Shown here: positions 1 to 12,619 of the stretch, in pieces
Layout: each line of letters opens with the position of its first letter
How positions within the stretch are numbered: the stretch's first letter is position 1
Source of the DNA: Eledone cirrhosa
Lineage: Eukaryota
Direction: 5' to 3'
Assembly (NCBI GenBank): GCA_964016885.1
Contig: OZ024742.1
Coordinates: 80,166,001-80,230,000 of the forward strand
Length of the DNA stretch: 64,000 nucleotides
Translations under genes and position numbers: made by a program
Notes under the pieces: generated by a model
Seen by the model: the letters and a program-made list of their open reading frames with translations, nothing else
What the model was told of the DNA's origin: nothing
The model's database searches: none

Positions 1-414
1 AAGATATACCATACCCAGATTCCTTCTTTACTCCTCGACTACGTAGTTTCGTTTAAAAATTATGCAAAAACGCTACATCACAGAGATATAGAATGTTTGT
101 GAGGTCTGCCGACTTATCAAGAAGATACCTCAAGAAGAGTTTCAAAACACGTCCGTCGGATGCGAGATAGAATCTCGAAACGCATAGGGGGAGTCAATCA
201 CGTGATACAGCGGTCAAGAAACAGAGCTAAGCCTCTTATAACCATGAAAAAATACCACGGGGGCGGAGGGAGTACTACTATCAAAGCGGTAGAAGAGGTG
301 GCTAAGGTGACAGAGAAGTATGAGTAATGATAGCTTTCCAGCAGTCACTCCACTTCAAAGGTTACTCTACCAAAGGGAGTTATTAACAATATATAGAAAT
401 ACACAGATACATGC

Positions 415-557
<143 letters not shown>

Positions 558-600
558 TATATATAATCAACAACAAAGAACGCCTATAGCATATGCATAT

Positions 601-658
601 CTTTACTTGCTAACATTGTTTCATCCGCACTATAAGTGGGACTCATCAGAGCATAAAG
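601..658 (-). ncRNA. Type I hammerhead ribozyme (PLE pLTR)
   Basis: Minus strand: CTTTA-TGCT CTGATGA GTCC-CACT-TAT-AGTG-C-GGAT GAA AC-AAT-GT T AGCA-AG-TAAAG. Canonical core with stems I-III; predicted cleavage after GUU. Confidence 0.88.
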
Positions 659-2727
659 TTTGATTACATATTACACAAGCAATAACAAATCCAAGACATT
701 GAAGAAATAAAGAATAAAAAATAATAAATGATGAAAAATATTGAGGAAGTAAAAATAAAAATAAACATTGAAAAATAGACATTGAAAAATAATTGAAAAA
801 TAAGGGGTGCTATCGGTCACAGTTGGGCGGGGTGCTGTCAACATACAGTTACATACAAACATACGCATGGATAAGGGAACAGACAAGAATAGATAAGATA
901 GATAGGAGTAGGTAAGAATAGATAAAAAATAGGTGAAAAATAGGTAAAAAATAGACATATAACACATATAAGAAATATAAAAAAATATAAAAAACATACA
1001 TATAAAATATACAGATAATAGTGATACAGGGTAAGGAATGAAATAAGATAAAATACAATAAAATAAAATTAAAATTAAAATTATATAAAATAAAATATAA
1101 TATAATATAATAATAAAATAAAATAAAATAAAATAAAATAAAATAAAATAAAATAAAATAAAATAAAATAAAATAAAATAAAATAATGTGATATAAGATA
1201 TAATTAAATAGAATTAAATAAAATGAAATAAAATAAAATAAAATAAGATAAAATAAAGTAAATTGAGATAAGATATATATTTTTAGAATATATTTCTTGA
1301 ATATATCAGGGGCCCACGAAGGCCCTAAGTGTCACAGTTATCAGTATCACTTGACCATTGCAATGCAATGGAGACGTCCCAGGTTGGGCAGTCTCAAAAG
1401 TTCACACTCGAAAGTCACGGGTGTGCATTCACACAGTTGAGCGGTGGGGTAATCACAAACCGGTTCACACTCGGGCAGGAGTCCATTGGTCAACAGAGGT
1501 ATATCCAAGGAAGGTAGGAGAATTCACATGCAGCAGCAGGAGCATCCATGGGCGGACAAATGAGTGTTACAACGCCACAATGTAGCAAGCAAAATCGTTT
1601 ACCTCAGCATGAATATCAAGAGGCAGACAAGTGGGCTGAAAGCAAGCAGGTGCAGGCGGGCTAGCCGAAAGCAAGCAAATACAGTTGGGTTAGGCGGGTT
1701 AATATGCATACTCAACAGCGCATACAAAAGATATATAAAAAATAGCTTCAAGAGCCAATATCATGAAATCACCGCATTGGGACATCTCAAGATTATACAC
1801 ACCAATATGTTCTACACGTATATGCATATATACACACCACATGCATATGCAGAGACGGTATACATATATATATATATTTATATACAGACATATACAACCA
1901 CCTACACCCATACACATATAAATGTATACACAGACACACACGCACACACACACAGCGTAGGACACACCGGGTCAAAGCGGATATAATACACAGAAATATC
2001 ACATTAGGCAAAACCCACCACCACGGATAATACATTCAAAATAAATACATACGAGAAGATGCAGTAAAATAAATCAAATTGAATTCCTACGAAGATAATC
2101 ATGTCCGCACGTGCCATTGCCCGATTCAAGTGTAAACAGACCGTTAGTGACTACGGAGGGCTATCGGGTCCAAAACGTTACTTTTGGGATAATAACAACG
2201 ACCGTCAATATATGGAAGGCCGATCATGCTAGAAAGACTACAACACCGGGCAAGAGGTCCCAGAAGTCAGCCTGTAGATCTTAAACCACAGAATAGGAGG
2301 GCAACACGTACATGTGCCACGTATCTACTGCTTACGGCGAGGTGGCACAGGTCCGCCCACAGTTACAGGCTAGATTTCTATTTGTGCAGCCTATATCACA
2401 GTACACGTTCCACATAGATACATTACATCATAACTCGTGCGCATACAGAGGTACAGATCCGCAAAATACACGTTGGGATAGACCCACCAATGCACCAATG
2501 GTGGCTAGGCGAGCGTGGATGGGTTACATCCGCTGTGCCAAACAGGGGTGCTTATTAACATACACACCCACTCACCTGTACACCCCAACATCCAGATCAA
2601 TATTCTCCCGCACGCATACGTATACACTCACAGACTCATATACATAGAAGACAAACAACAGGAAACAGTTACACACAATATAAGAGACAGTTACACAAGA
2701 TAGCCCAACTGGAGAATTAAGGAAGTG

Positions 2728-5198
2728 CTAGCTAATAGGTTTAAAGTAGAAGAAAGAGCTTAATATTCGGTGGGGGCAAGAGGAAAATATTTCTGACTTT
2801 CTGTTTAGTAGAGGGCATTTAGCAAATATAATAGAGTGGGATTCGGCAAGGCATAGGTTACATACTCTATTATGAGGAGTATATGGATGGGATTTAGTAA
2901 CCTGCCGCCAAGTGAGTGTGTAATGTGTTCGTGCATTTTTTAAATTGTGGACGTACGCTGCCAAGGAGGTGGAGTTCCTCAGTGTATTGTGTCTAAAAGT
3001 GCACTGGTGAGAGTTAAACCTGGTCTTAAAGGGGGTGGAGGTAGATCCTATATATGTTTTAGTGGACGCCGTAGTTACCACATCACACGCGTAAACTATG
3101 TTTCTAATAAGGCAGAAACCATTCAGGGGGCAGCCTGAAGCCCTTCTACAGTTACAGTTTCTGGTGATGCTATTCTCAGAATGATCACCAGCTTGCTGAC
3201 CACCTGTGTCCCGGCCCCCTCTGTCCACTACCGTGTTTTCCCCTAGGCTTCGGTTGTCCAGGCCTTCCTTTATTTTCCTATTATTAGTAATGGCCAGATG
3301 AGAGGCCAGATTTTGGGTTGTAGAATACGAAAGTTTAACAACATTCTTATTGTGGATAGAGTGGTACCTATTACCAGGAGGGAAGTTCCTTTCTAACACA
3401 GAGAAGAAGGCCCTAGGAATATTTATAGCCACTTCAGAGTTAAAAGGGGGGTTGAAATATGTATTCAATCTTCTTCTATTCTTTTTATTCTTATTATTTC
3501 CTTCACTATTATTATTATTAGTATTATTATTTCTACGGTTACTATGCTCACCTAATTTATGCGGGGAGCCGCGAGGCCTACCATTGCTATTACTTAGACT
3601 AATGGTACCCTGCTGGTTCATTCCACCGGCATTTAGAACCCTCCCATTCGCGACACCTCTATTACCAATGGACATATTGTGTGTTATAACAACACTGGTA
3701 GAGCTACTATTAGGACTATTATTTCCCTGGGTATAATACAATTTGTCCCTAAAGCCGGATCTAGCTAAGGCATCATTATAGTAATCAGCCTGCTAGTCAA
3801 ACGCCTCTTCACTATGTGAGAGGGAACTTATTCTGTTAGATACGCCCTTCAATATACCGCTGATGACCGACCTAGGGTGGTTAGAGTTGGTATTCACGTA
3901 AGTCAGAAATTCATTAGGCTTATGGTACGGTGTGTACGTATGGTTATCCAAGTCTAATGTAACATCCAGGAAGTTCACAGTTCTATCATTTATATCCATA
4001 GTAATGGATAGGTTAAGGTTTTAAAAAAGCTATGCAGCTTTTTCCTAATGCGCACTATATTATACTTACTAGTATCTATGGAGAGTAGGGCGTCATCCCG
4101 GTACAACCCACCCCTAAGGAATGGGAAGTTACTATGCAGTTCATTGAGGAGGTATAGCCCAACTAAGTCGGTGACCTGAGCAGAATCACTCGACCCCATA
4201 GTAATGTCAAACTTATCAGGTGTGTTTTTTCTCGTCCATAGATTATCCTCAAACATGGTAATGGTTTTACGTGCAGCGAGTACAATATCTATCTGTGGCC
4301 TTGTAATTGCCCCCCTCTGCATGGCTAGGATAAGGGCCTTATTGAGGATAATAGGAGATATAGATGTATAATAAGCATCAATATCAAATTGGATGAATCT
4401 GAGTGAGTCACGACCACAATCCGTAGAGAACCACCTAATGACTTCACTAGTGTTACCCCAAAGCTCAAGGAAAGTTTTTTCTCTAACCAGGGGAATAACG
4501 CTATCCAAGATTCCCTTACTAATAATCTCCAGATCAGACTTGGAGGGGCAGATAAGCCTAACTGAGGGTCTGCTAATAAAATTTTCCTTATGGTCCTTGA
4601 GGGTGAATCTAGGCTGCTTGGGGTAATGAGGTTGAGTGTGTTTATCCAGACCTAATTTTACCACTATGTTATACCCCTCCAGATTAATATTATCTAAATT
4701 ACTCTGCGTTGTTTTTTTGTAGTTCCTATGTAGTTCATTATAAATGAAGCCACGATAGGTTTTATAATCCATACTATATAAGTTTTTAGTTTTGTCAGAG
4801 GGGACCAGAATGGATTTATTATCCCTAAAGTCCCTAACAATAGAACTTAGTTTACTCTGAAATTTATTAGTACATCTAGATTTTTTATATCTAATATTCC
4901 TAACAAGGGATAATAGCTCACTTTCGAAATTATCCAACAGGCTATTATGCGGGGGGCTCCTATATGTCCTAAAGCCATAATTATTAAAACTACGCTTATC
5001 TTCAGGGCTATCATACTTCTTATCAAAATGGAACGCACGCCACCGAACACGTTTTACGAAGGAATTTATGCTAGTTATCAGTAATTTCTCATATGAGATT
5101 TTAGAGGGGGCGGGAATATTCTTCAAAGAAATGGGTAAGTATGTCTTTGTTAGCATAATGCCTGATAATATACAAGGATACAAATCCACGTATATCAA
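2728..5198 (-). pseudogene. PLE polyprotein: reverse transcriptase + C-terminal GIY-YIG endonuclease, with one frameshift and one stop
   Basis: Motifs DKT, TLKDHK, FIQFDIDAYYTSI, ITMGSSDS, GGLYRDD, NFLDVTL, CNCR..CPLNG.C, NIVY..YIGST..FK.R..H, CNLC..E, LNRKSE. ORFs 3990-5198, 3793-3999 and 2728-3741 join via a 1-nt loss near 4020 and an in-frame TAG at 3793-3795 (reads on as QADYYNDALARSGF). Confidence 0.93.
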
Positions 5199-5358
5199 AG
5201 TTTAAGCTCAACCAATGGGAGCCGTATAGTATATAAGGGAGAGGATCAGGGGTGTATAACACTCCACTTATCCAATAGGCAGTATAAGGTTAGCTCGATG
5301 TGTGAGGACAGAGCCGTGATATAATCAACAACAAAGAACGCCTATAGCATATGCATAT

Positions 5359-5416
5359 CTTTACTTGCTAACATTGTTTCATCCGCACTATAAGTGGGAC
5401 TCATCAGAGCATAAAG
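5359..5416 (-). ncRNA. Type I hammerhead ribozyme (tandem pLTR copy)
   Basis: Identical to 601-658; lies ~160 nt upstream of the ORF start. Confidence 0.88.
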
Positions 5417-6948
5417 GTTGATTACATATTACACAAGCAATAACAAATCCAAGACATTGAAGAAATAAAGAATAAAAAATAATAAAAGATAAAAAATATT
5501 GAGGAAGTAAAAATAAAAATAAACATTGAAAAATAGACATTGAAAAATAATTGAAAAATAAGGGGTGCTATCGGTCACAGTTGGGCGGTGTGCTGTCAAC
5601 ATACAGTTACATACAAGCATACGCATGGATAAGGGAACAGACAAGAATACATAAGATAGATAGGAGTAGGTAAGAATAGATAAAAAATAGGTGAAAAATA
5701 GGTAAAAAATAGACATATAACACATATAAGAAATATAAAAAAATATAAAAAACATACATATAAAATATACAGATAGTAGTGATACAGGGTAAGGAATGAA
5801 ATAAGATAAAATAAAATAAAATAAAATTAAAATTAAAATTATATAAAATAAAATATAATATAATATAATAATAAAATAAAATAAAATAAAATAAAATAAA
5901 ATGAACTAAAATAAAATAATATGATATAAGATATAATTAAATAGAATTAAATAAAATGAAATAAAATAAAATAAAATAAAGTAAATTGAGATAAGATATA
6001 TATTTTTAGAATATAAACGATTTTGCTTGCTACGTTGTAACACTCATTTGTCCGCCCATGGATGCTCCTGCTGCTGCATGTGAATTCTCCTACCTTCCTT
6101 GGATATACCTCTGTTGACCAATGGACTCCTGCCCGAGTGTGAACCGGTTTGTGATTACCCCACCGCTCAACTGTGTGAATGCACACCCGTGACTTTCGAG
6201 TGTGAACTTTTGAGACTGCCCAACCTGGGACGTCTCCATTGCATTGCAATGGTCAAGTGATACTGATAACTGTGACACTTAGGGCCTTCGTGGGCCCCTG
6301 ATATATTCAAGAAATATATTCTAAAAATATATATCTTATCTCAATTTACTTTATTTTATTTTATTTTATTTCATTTTATTTAATTCTATTTAATTATATC
6401 TTATATCATATTATTTTATTTTATTTTATTTTATTTTATTTTATTTTATTTTATTTTATTTTATTTTATTTTATTTTATTTTATTTTATTATTATATTAT
6501 ATTATATTTTATTTTATATAATTTTAATTTTAATTTAATTTTATTTTATTTTATCTTATTTCATTCCTTACCCTGTATCACTATTATCTGTATATTTTAT
6601 ATGTATGTTTTTTATATTTTTCTATATTTCTTATATGTGTTATATGTCTATTTTTTACCTATTTTTCACCTATTTTTTATCTATTCTTACCTACTCCTAT
6701 CTATCTTATCTATTCTTGTCTGTTCCCTTATCCATGCGTATGCTTGTATGTAACTGTATGTTGACAGCACCCCGCCCAACTGAACTGTGACCGATAGCAC
6801 CCCTTATTTTTCAATTATTTTTCAATGTCTATTTTTCAATGTTTATTTTTATTTTTACTTCCTCAATATTTTTTATCTTTTATTATTTTTTATTCTTTAT
6901 TTCTTCAATGTCTTGGATTTGTTATTGCTTGTGTAATATGTAATCAAC

Positions 6949-7006
6949 CTTTATGCTCTGATGAGTCCCACTTATAGTGCGGATGAAACAGTGTTAGCAA
7001 GTAAAG
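6949..7006 (+). ncRNA. Type I hammerhead ribozyme (inverted pLTR copy)
   Basis: CTGATGAGTCCCACTTATAGTGCGGATGAAACAGTGTTAGCA; differs only in loop III (AGT instead of AAT). Confidence 0.88.
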
Positions 7007-7520
7007 ATATGCATATGCTATAGGCGTTCTTTGTTGTTGATTATATCACGGCTCTGTCCTCACACATCGAGCTAACCTTATACTGCCTATTGGATAAGTG
7101 GAGTGTTATACACCCCTGATCCTCTCCCTTATATACTATATATATATATATATATATATATACAGTATATATATATATATGTGTGTGTATATATTAAAGT
7201 TTACCTTCAACATAGCTGTATACATATATACATGTAAATGTGAATTTTGTATATCTAAATATATACGTTATGTTTAATATAATATTCCAAATTTCAGCGT
7301 TATCTGGTTTCAATCATTTCGAGCTTAAAATCGATTAGCTTGTCAAATACAATCGATATTAGAATCAAAATAGGTGCACATTCATAGCTAATTTCAAGAG
7401 ATGAAAGCTTAGAGCTCTTCTAATTAGAAATAAATTAGGAATTAAATACATTGAAGTGAAACTTCGATCACTCTTTTTTAACATGTACACACACACAGAT
7501 ACATACGCACACACAGAGAG

Positions 7521-7552
<32 letters not shown>

Positions 7553-10500
7553 GAATATATATTTGAAAGTTAGGGATAATATCGAATATTTTTGACTGTC
7601 ATATATGTCAAGTAGCACTGCTAATATTTAAAAGCCTTTACGGAAAAATGTATATAGGTTGTGATCCATTGATTAATATTATTAAAGAGTTTCTGAAACA
7701 AATTGTATTTGTTTCTTACTATGACATTGAAAGCAAACACCAAGGACAATATTTTTTAGAAACTTGGTGTATGAAAATGCAGTCATATTATGTTATGCTG
7801 AGCTATAGACATATTGCAATGTTTTCGAACCTTATCTGTAATGCATAGTTTTCTGAAGCAACATTTATCATTTGAATTTGCATAATTACCATTTTTGAGT
7901 AGACGGAAACGCCTCAAGTTTGACAATAGCATAAATGTATGTAACTCGGAAAGGTAGTGTTGTATTAAATGATGTACGCAATGAAAATAAATTTAGGATG
8001 AAGTTAATTCTTAATTTCTTGAAATTATCGTAGCTTTGAAAATAGCTAACTATTGCCACTAGGTTTTAATTTTCTTTCTCTGCATTGAATTTGTCATTTA
8101 CGACATCACCGGCAACATTCATATTTCATCAACACCCTAATTCATTCACGGGCCTTCATATGGTATTTCTCGATGCTGAAACATCGTAAACTAGCTAAAT
8201 ACACACAGCTATGTATGCATTTACAGAATCGTAAATAAAGGCACTTTCGAACAAAATCATATTTATAGGCATTTTAAACATTTCTAGACATTATGTATTT
8301 AAACCTAATGTGCGCCACACCGTACAACACATAGTAAATCAACTAGGAATCTCCCCAAGTCGTGTGAGACAATAGTTTTGTATCTGAAAATTACTTTCTT
8401 TTAGTGCACAAATCAGTTAATTATTTCGTGAAAAATCAGTAGATATCGATACAAGAGAATCTCTCTCCTTCTTGACACTGATGTCGTACAATAGAAATGT
8501 AACAGCTGATACAACTGGAAAATATATTTTCGAATCGTTGGTCCTAGACCACAAATAACTACAGAAGACACTAAACGGTATCACGTTCAACGATCTAACT
8601 ATTTCTTAATTCCCATTCCCGCACAAATATGAATAGTAATGTAGGGCCTTGTGGAATTTGGAAGTTGAGCTCAGCGAGTTGGTTCAAATAATGGTGTTCT
8701 AACGATTCTCCTGGAAACTTACCATTTTATTATTTTTATTTCTACTGTTGTCAAACATTGCCTACTATCATATTGGGGCTCCGTCTTCTATAGCCGGTTA
8801 TTTACTTCATCATCGTATATTATCGATCACGTATGTGACTGTATTTGTACAGAGATAGTAAACGTTTCCAAACAATCAGCTTTTAAAATATTTATATAAT
8901 TTGTTCAAGGTAGTATTGATGTGTTTACTTGGCTATTAATCCAAGTATGTCGCATAGCTGCTCACAAAATATGGGAAGAAAACGGTAATAACTAATGTGT
9001 ATGTTTTTACAAATGTCATTTTAACAACTTCGTTAAATGTGTTTAAGGGTAATCTAATCATCCACCTTATCTTCCTACGCCTTCCTCTCATTATGCTTTT
9101 CCTCCTTCACCATATTCTCCTTATCCCCCCTCTCTCTCTTTTCTCTCCTTCTCTTACCTATTTACCCTCTTACTAATTTTGTTATTACAATATTACTAGT
9201 ATAACCGTGCTAAACGCTGAGGCGCAATAATGAGACATCATGTAAGATAAATTTAACATCTTTTAATCCGAACATTTATACTTTATATAGTTCAGCAACA
9301 TTTTCTCATGTCACAATTTTCGAGCGTATCCCTGGAAATATATAATACCATTTGATAACATTTGAAATATGGTTTTGTTGTGGTTGTTGTTGCTTAGCAA
9401 ACCTATTCACAAAGCATTCCATCTGTGAACAACATATACATATATTCTATATATAATGGACCTAGTGACCAATTACTCAACCATTTTAATACCGTAGAGT
9501 GTTATCTAGTGAAATTTAACTGCTACATATATATCCATACTATGTTATCAAATACATGAACATTTTGTTAAGTTCCAGATTATCACAAGGAATCCCGCAA
9601 CCGAGTTTCCCCAAAATATAACGGAAGATGAAAGACATGATGATATTTTCACTCTCGTACTTTGAGCGCTCTTGATCTAAACATTTCAATGTTTTGTTTC
9701 TGAAATATTATGTGTATTCAAAAGAAGAACAAAAGAAATTATATTTTCAGAAGAAATAATATTTCCAAGAATGGAGAGAAAACCAAAAAAAAAAGAAAAA
9801 AAGCAGGTTTACTCATTTTCGCCTTTCCTTCAAAGTTGCTGGTCTTGTACCTAAATTAAAAATCATTTTTCAAATTTATTTTTGTTGATTACCACAATTC
9901 GTGTAAGCTAGTTGGAGGGGTGAAAATTTCGGGAGAAACAGAATGTATTTATCTTCAGTTAAAATATAGATAAATATTGAATACGTATATCAATATCGAA
10001 ATGCATGTGTGCAGTATTTTATTAAATATTAAAGTTCATATTTGTAAATTACAATCTAAGATAATTTGACACGTATATATTTCGGCATGTATTGTATAAC
10101 ATTCCTCGCATTTATTTTATAATTATGCTTCTGTTTTTAAGTGTCCTTCGGATTCTTTTGGCTATAATATCGAAATTTCAAAATCTGAAATTGTTTGTTT
10201 ATAAATTTATATTTATTAAATTATATACACGTTAAAACTGATCGCATAATTGTTAGTGTTCGTGGTATATACAGGTTTCCATAGTTTTATAGTGAGGAAG
10301 ATCTTCAGTGTCATTTTCGAAATATATAATGCCTGACTTTCAAATGAATAGCATAATTTGTTTGCATTTGTTTTCTAATTTTAATCGGGGTTTGCTCTAT
10401 CAATTATATTTTCATTACTAGATTTAATATACTCTTAAATTGATATTAATTAAATAGGTGACATAATTTATGTAAGCTGTTTATGGCGTTTGAGATAATG

Positions 10501-10755
10501 CTTAAGTGTATGTTAGTTAAGGTCGATAGTGAAATCTAGGAAATTAAATGTGTGAGGTAGGTGGCTATATAGTGTGTTTCTTACGTGTATCTAAGTCATG
10601 ACTGCTTGTGTGACACCCTAAAACATGACTAGCGATAAGAAAGATACGTTAGTTAACATATATGCCTGCTGCTTCCCTTTCGACAAATATGAAATAAACT
10701 GCCAGATAAATATTGGTACATAAATAATAGCATAATTAATGTTATAAGTACCTAA

Positions 10756-10824
<69 letters not shown>

Positions 10825-11182
10825 GAGAGGGAGAGAGAGAGAGTGAGAAAAAGAGAGTAGAGAGTGAGAGAGCGCGGGAAAGATAGAGAGAAAAGGAGAG
10901 AGATGAAAGGAGAGATATAGCGGGAAATGTCATATGTAGGAGGAAAGTTATCTAGACAATCCTGATGATTTCACACGAATGATGTAATTCGTCATGTATA
11001 GAGATAGATACGATATAAACATCTACATCTACACACACACATACACACACGCACACCCGCACACACACAGACACACACACAAGCATACAAGCATACAACA
11101 ACACATGTATGTACCTATAACATATTTAGATCGAGTACTCTGGTGAGTAATGGTCTAACTGGTTTTCACCACCTCCAGTATG

Positions 11183-11235
<53 letters not shown>

Positions 11236-11377
11236 GAGTGTAAGTTTCTACACAAAACGAAGGTTATAGAATAAATTGAGGTTGGTAATGGCACATGGAA
11301 TATATAAGAGACAGAAATACTTTTTTGTGAAAAACCATATAATTTTATAAGGTAAGGAAAGAATAAAGGGTATAAAA

Positions 11378-11421
11378 AATGACCGGTTTCGATGGGTCTG
11401 CAAAAGCCATCTTTTCTAATG
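11378..11421 (-). ncRNA. Variant minimal HHR-like motif (core UAGAAAA)
   Basis: AT TAGAAAA GATGG-loop-CCATC GAA A-CCGG-T C AT. Perfect 5-bp stem II, palindromic CCGG loop III, weak stem I. Confidence 0.55.
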
Positions 11422-11795
11422 TTGATTAATATTCAGAAAAAGTTAATAATACGAAGAGTTAAAATTTGAGATTTGAAAATTCAAGTATAAAATTCAGTGT
11501 GGGACCTCATAGTAGTTTTCATCTTGGTAGCAGCAAGCTGACTGATGTGTGTCCCTTTCTGGTAGTGAATGAGGAACTATTTGTGGGGAGTGGCTCTTTT
11601 TAAGGTCAGATTTAGCAATGGCCAGATGGCCAGCTGCTGGTCAGTAAGGGGGTGGAAGCAATATACATACATATGTCTCCATGTGGTCGGTAGGAGAGGG
11701 GAGAGTGATAGAAAGGGATTTAGTGCACTTACCCCTATATATACACATACCCTCATCCACACACACATACATATACATATACATACATATATATA

Positions 11796-11831
<36 letters not shown>

Positions 11832-12619
11832 TACATACACACAAACATACATACACATACACACATACACACACACACATATACACATACACACACATAT
11901 ATACACACACACATATATACATACACATACATCCAGATACACACATACACACACACACACACACACATACGTAAACATATATATATATATGTACATACAC
12001 ATATATATATATATGTACATACACATATATATATATATACACACACACATACATACACACATACATATATACATACACACATACAAACACACACACACAC
12101 ATATATACACATACACACATATATATACACACACATACATCCAGATACACACATACATACACACACACACATACATACACATACATACATCCACATGCAC
12201 ACACATACACACACACACACATATACACATACATACACCCACACACATAGAGAAATGGCCTCCAAATATATATATATACATACATACACATATATTTTTT
12301 CAATAATATAAGAAGTTGGAACAGTGAAATTAAAATCCAAGTCATTTTGATCACATTGAGTTTTTCATGTAGATTGGGCCCCGCAACCGACAGTGGTAAA
12401 ATTCTGTGTGCGCATATATATATAGATATATGTGTGTGCACGTTCAGGGTTTAACATGGATGTGTTGGTCACACAAAGGCATGGTCTGTCAACGAATGAA
12501 CCTGATTCTACAGAATTGGTCTCTGGTCTTTAATAGTAGTGATAATTATATATATGCACACCTACAAACACATATATCTGTCACTCCGTGCGTATGTGTG
12601 TTTATATTTTATGACAATT

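Larger units (their letters stand above)
562..7140 (-). mobile_element. Penelope-like retroelement (Hydra-type) with tandem and inverted pseudo-LTRs
   Basis: 562-~1292 recurs directly at ~5321-6014 (HHR period 4758 bp). ~6014-7140 is an inverted copy covering the equivalents of ~1601->562 and 5320->5225. RT+GIY-YIG ORF inside. Flanked by (CA)n/(TA)n. Confidence 0.93.

Noticed and set aside
105-160. HHR-like relic (CCGAC..AGAAGA..AAAAC-ACGT-C..GTCGG)
   Set aside because: Both conserved core boxes are broken; cannot be supported.
4005-4030. Programmed -1 frameshift or TAG read-through in the main PLE ORF
   Set aside because: TTT TTT AAA ACC is not an in-frame X XXY YYZ heptamer; a one-base homopolymer loss and a point nonsense change are simpler, and PLEs normally have a single ORF.
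10268-10312. CTGAAGA...GAAA on the minus strand (similar case at 51709 plus)
   Set aside because: No credible stem I or stem II.
7200-10740. Possible host exons in the unique-looking AT-rich stretch (also 23000-25300, 51600-52770)
   Set aside because: No recognisable coding signal; small exons cannot be excluded without transcript data.
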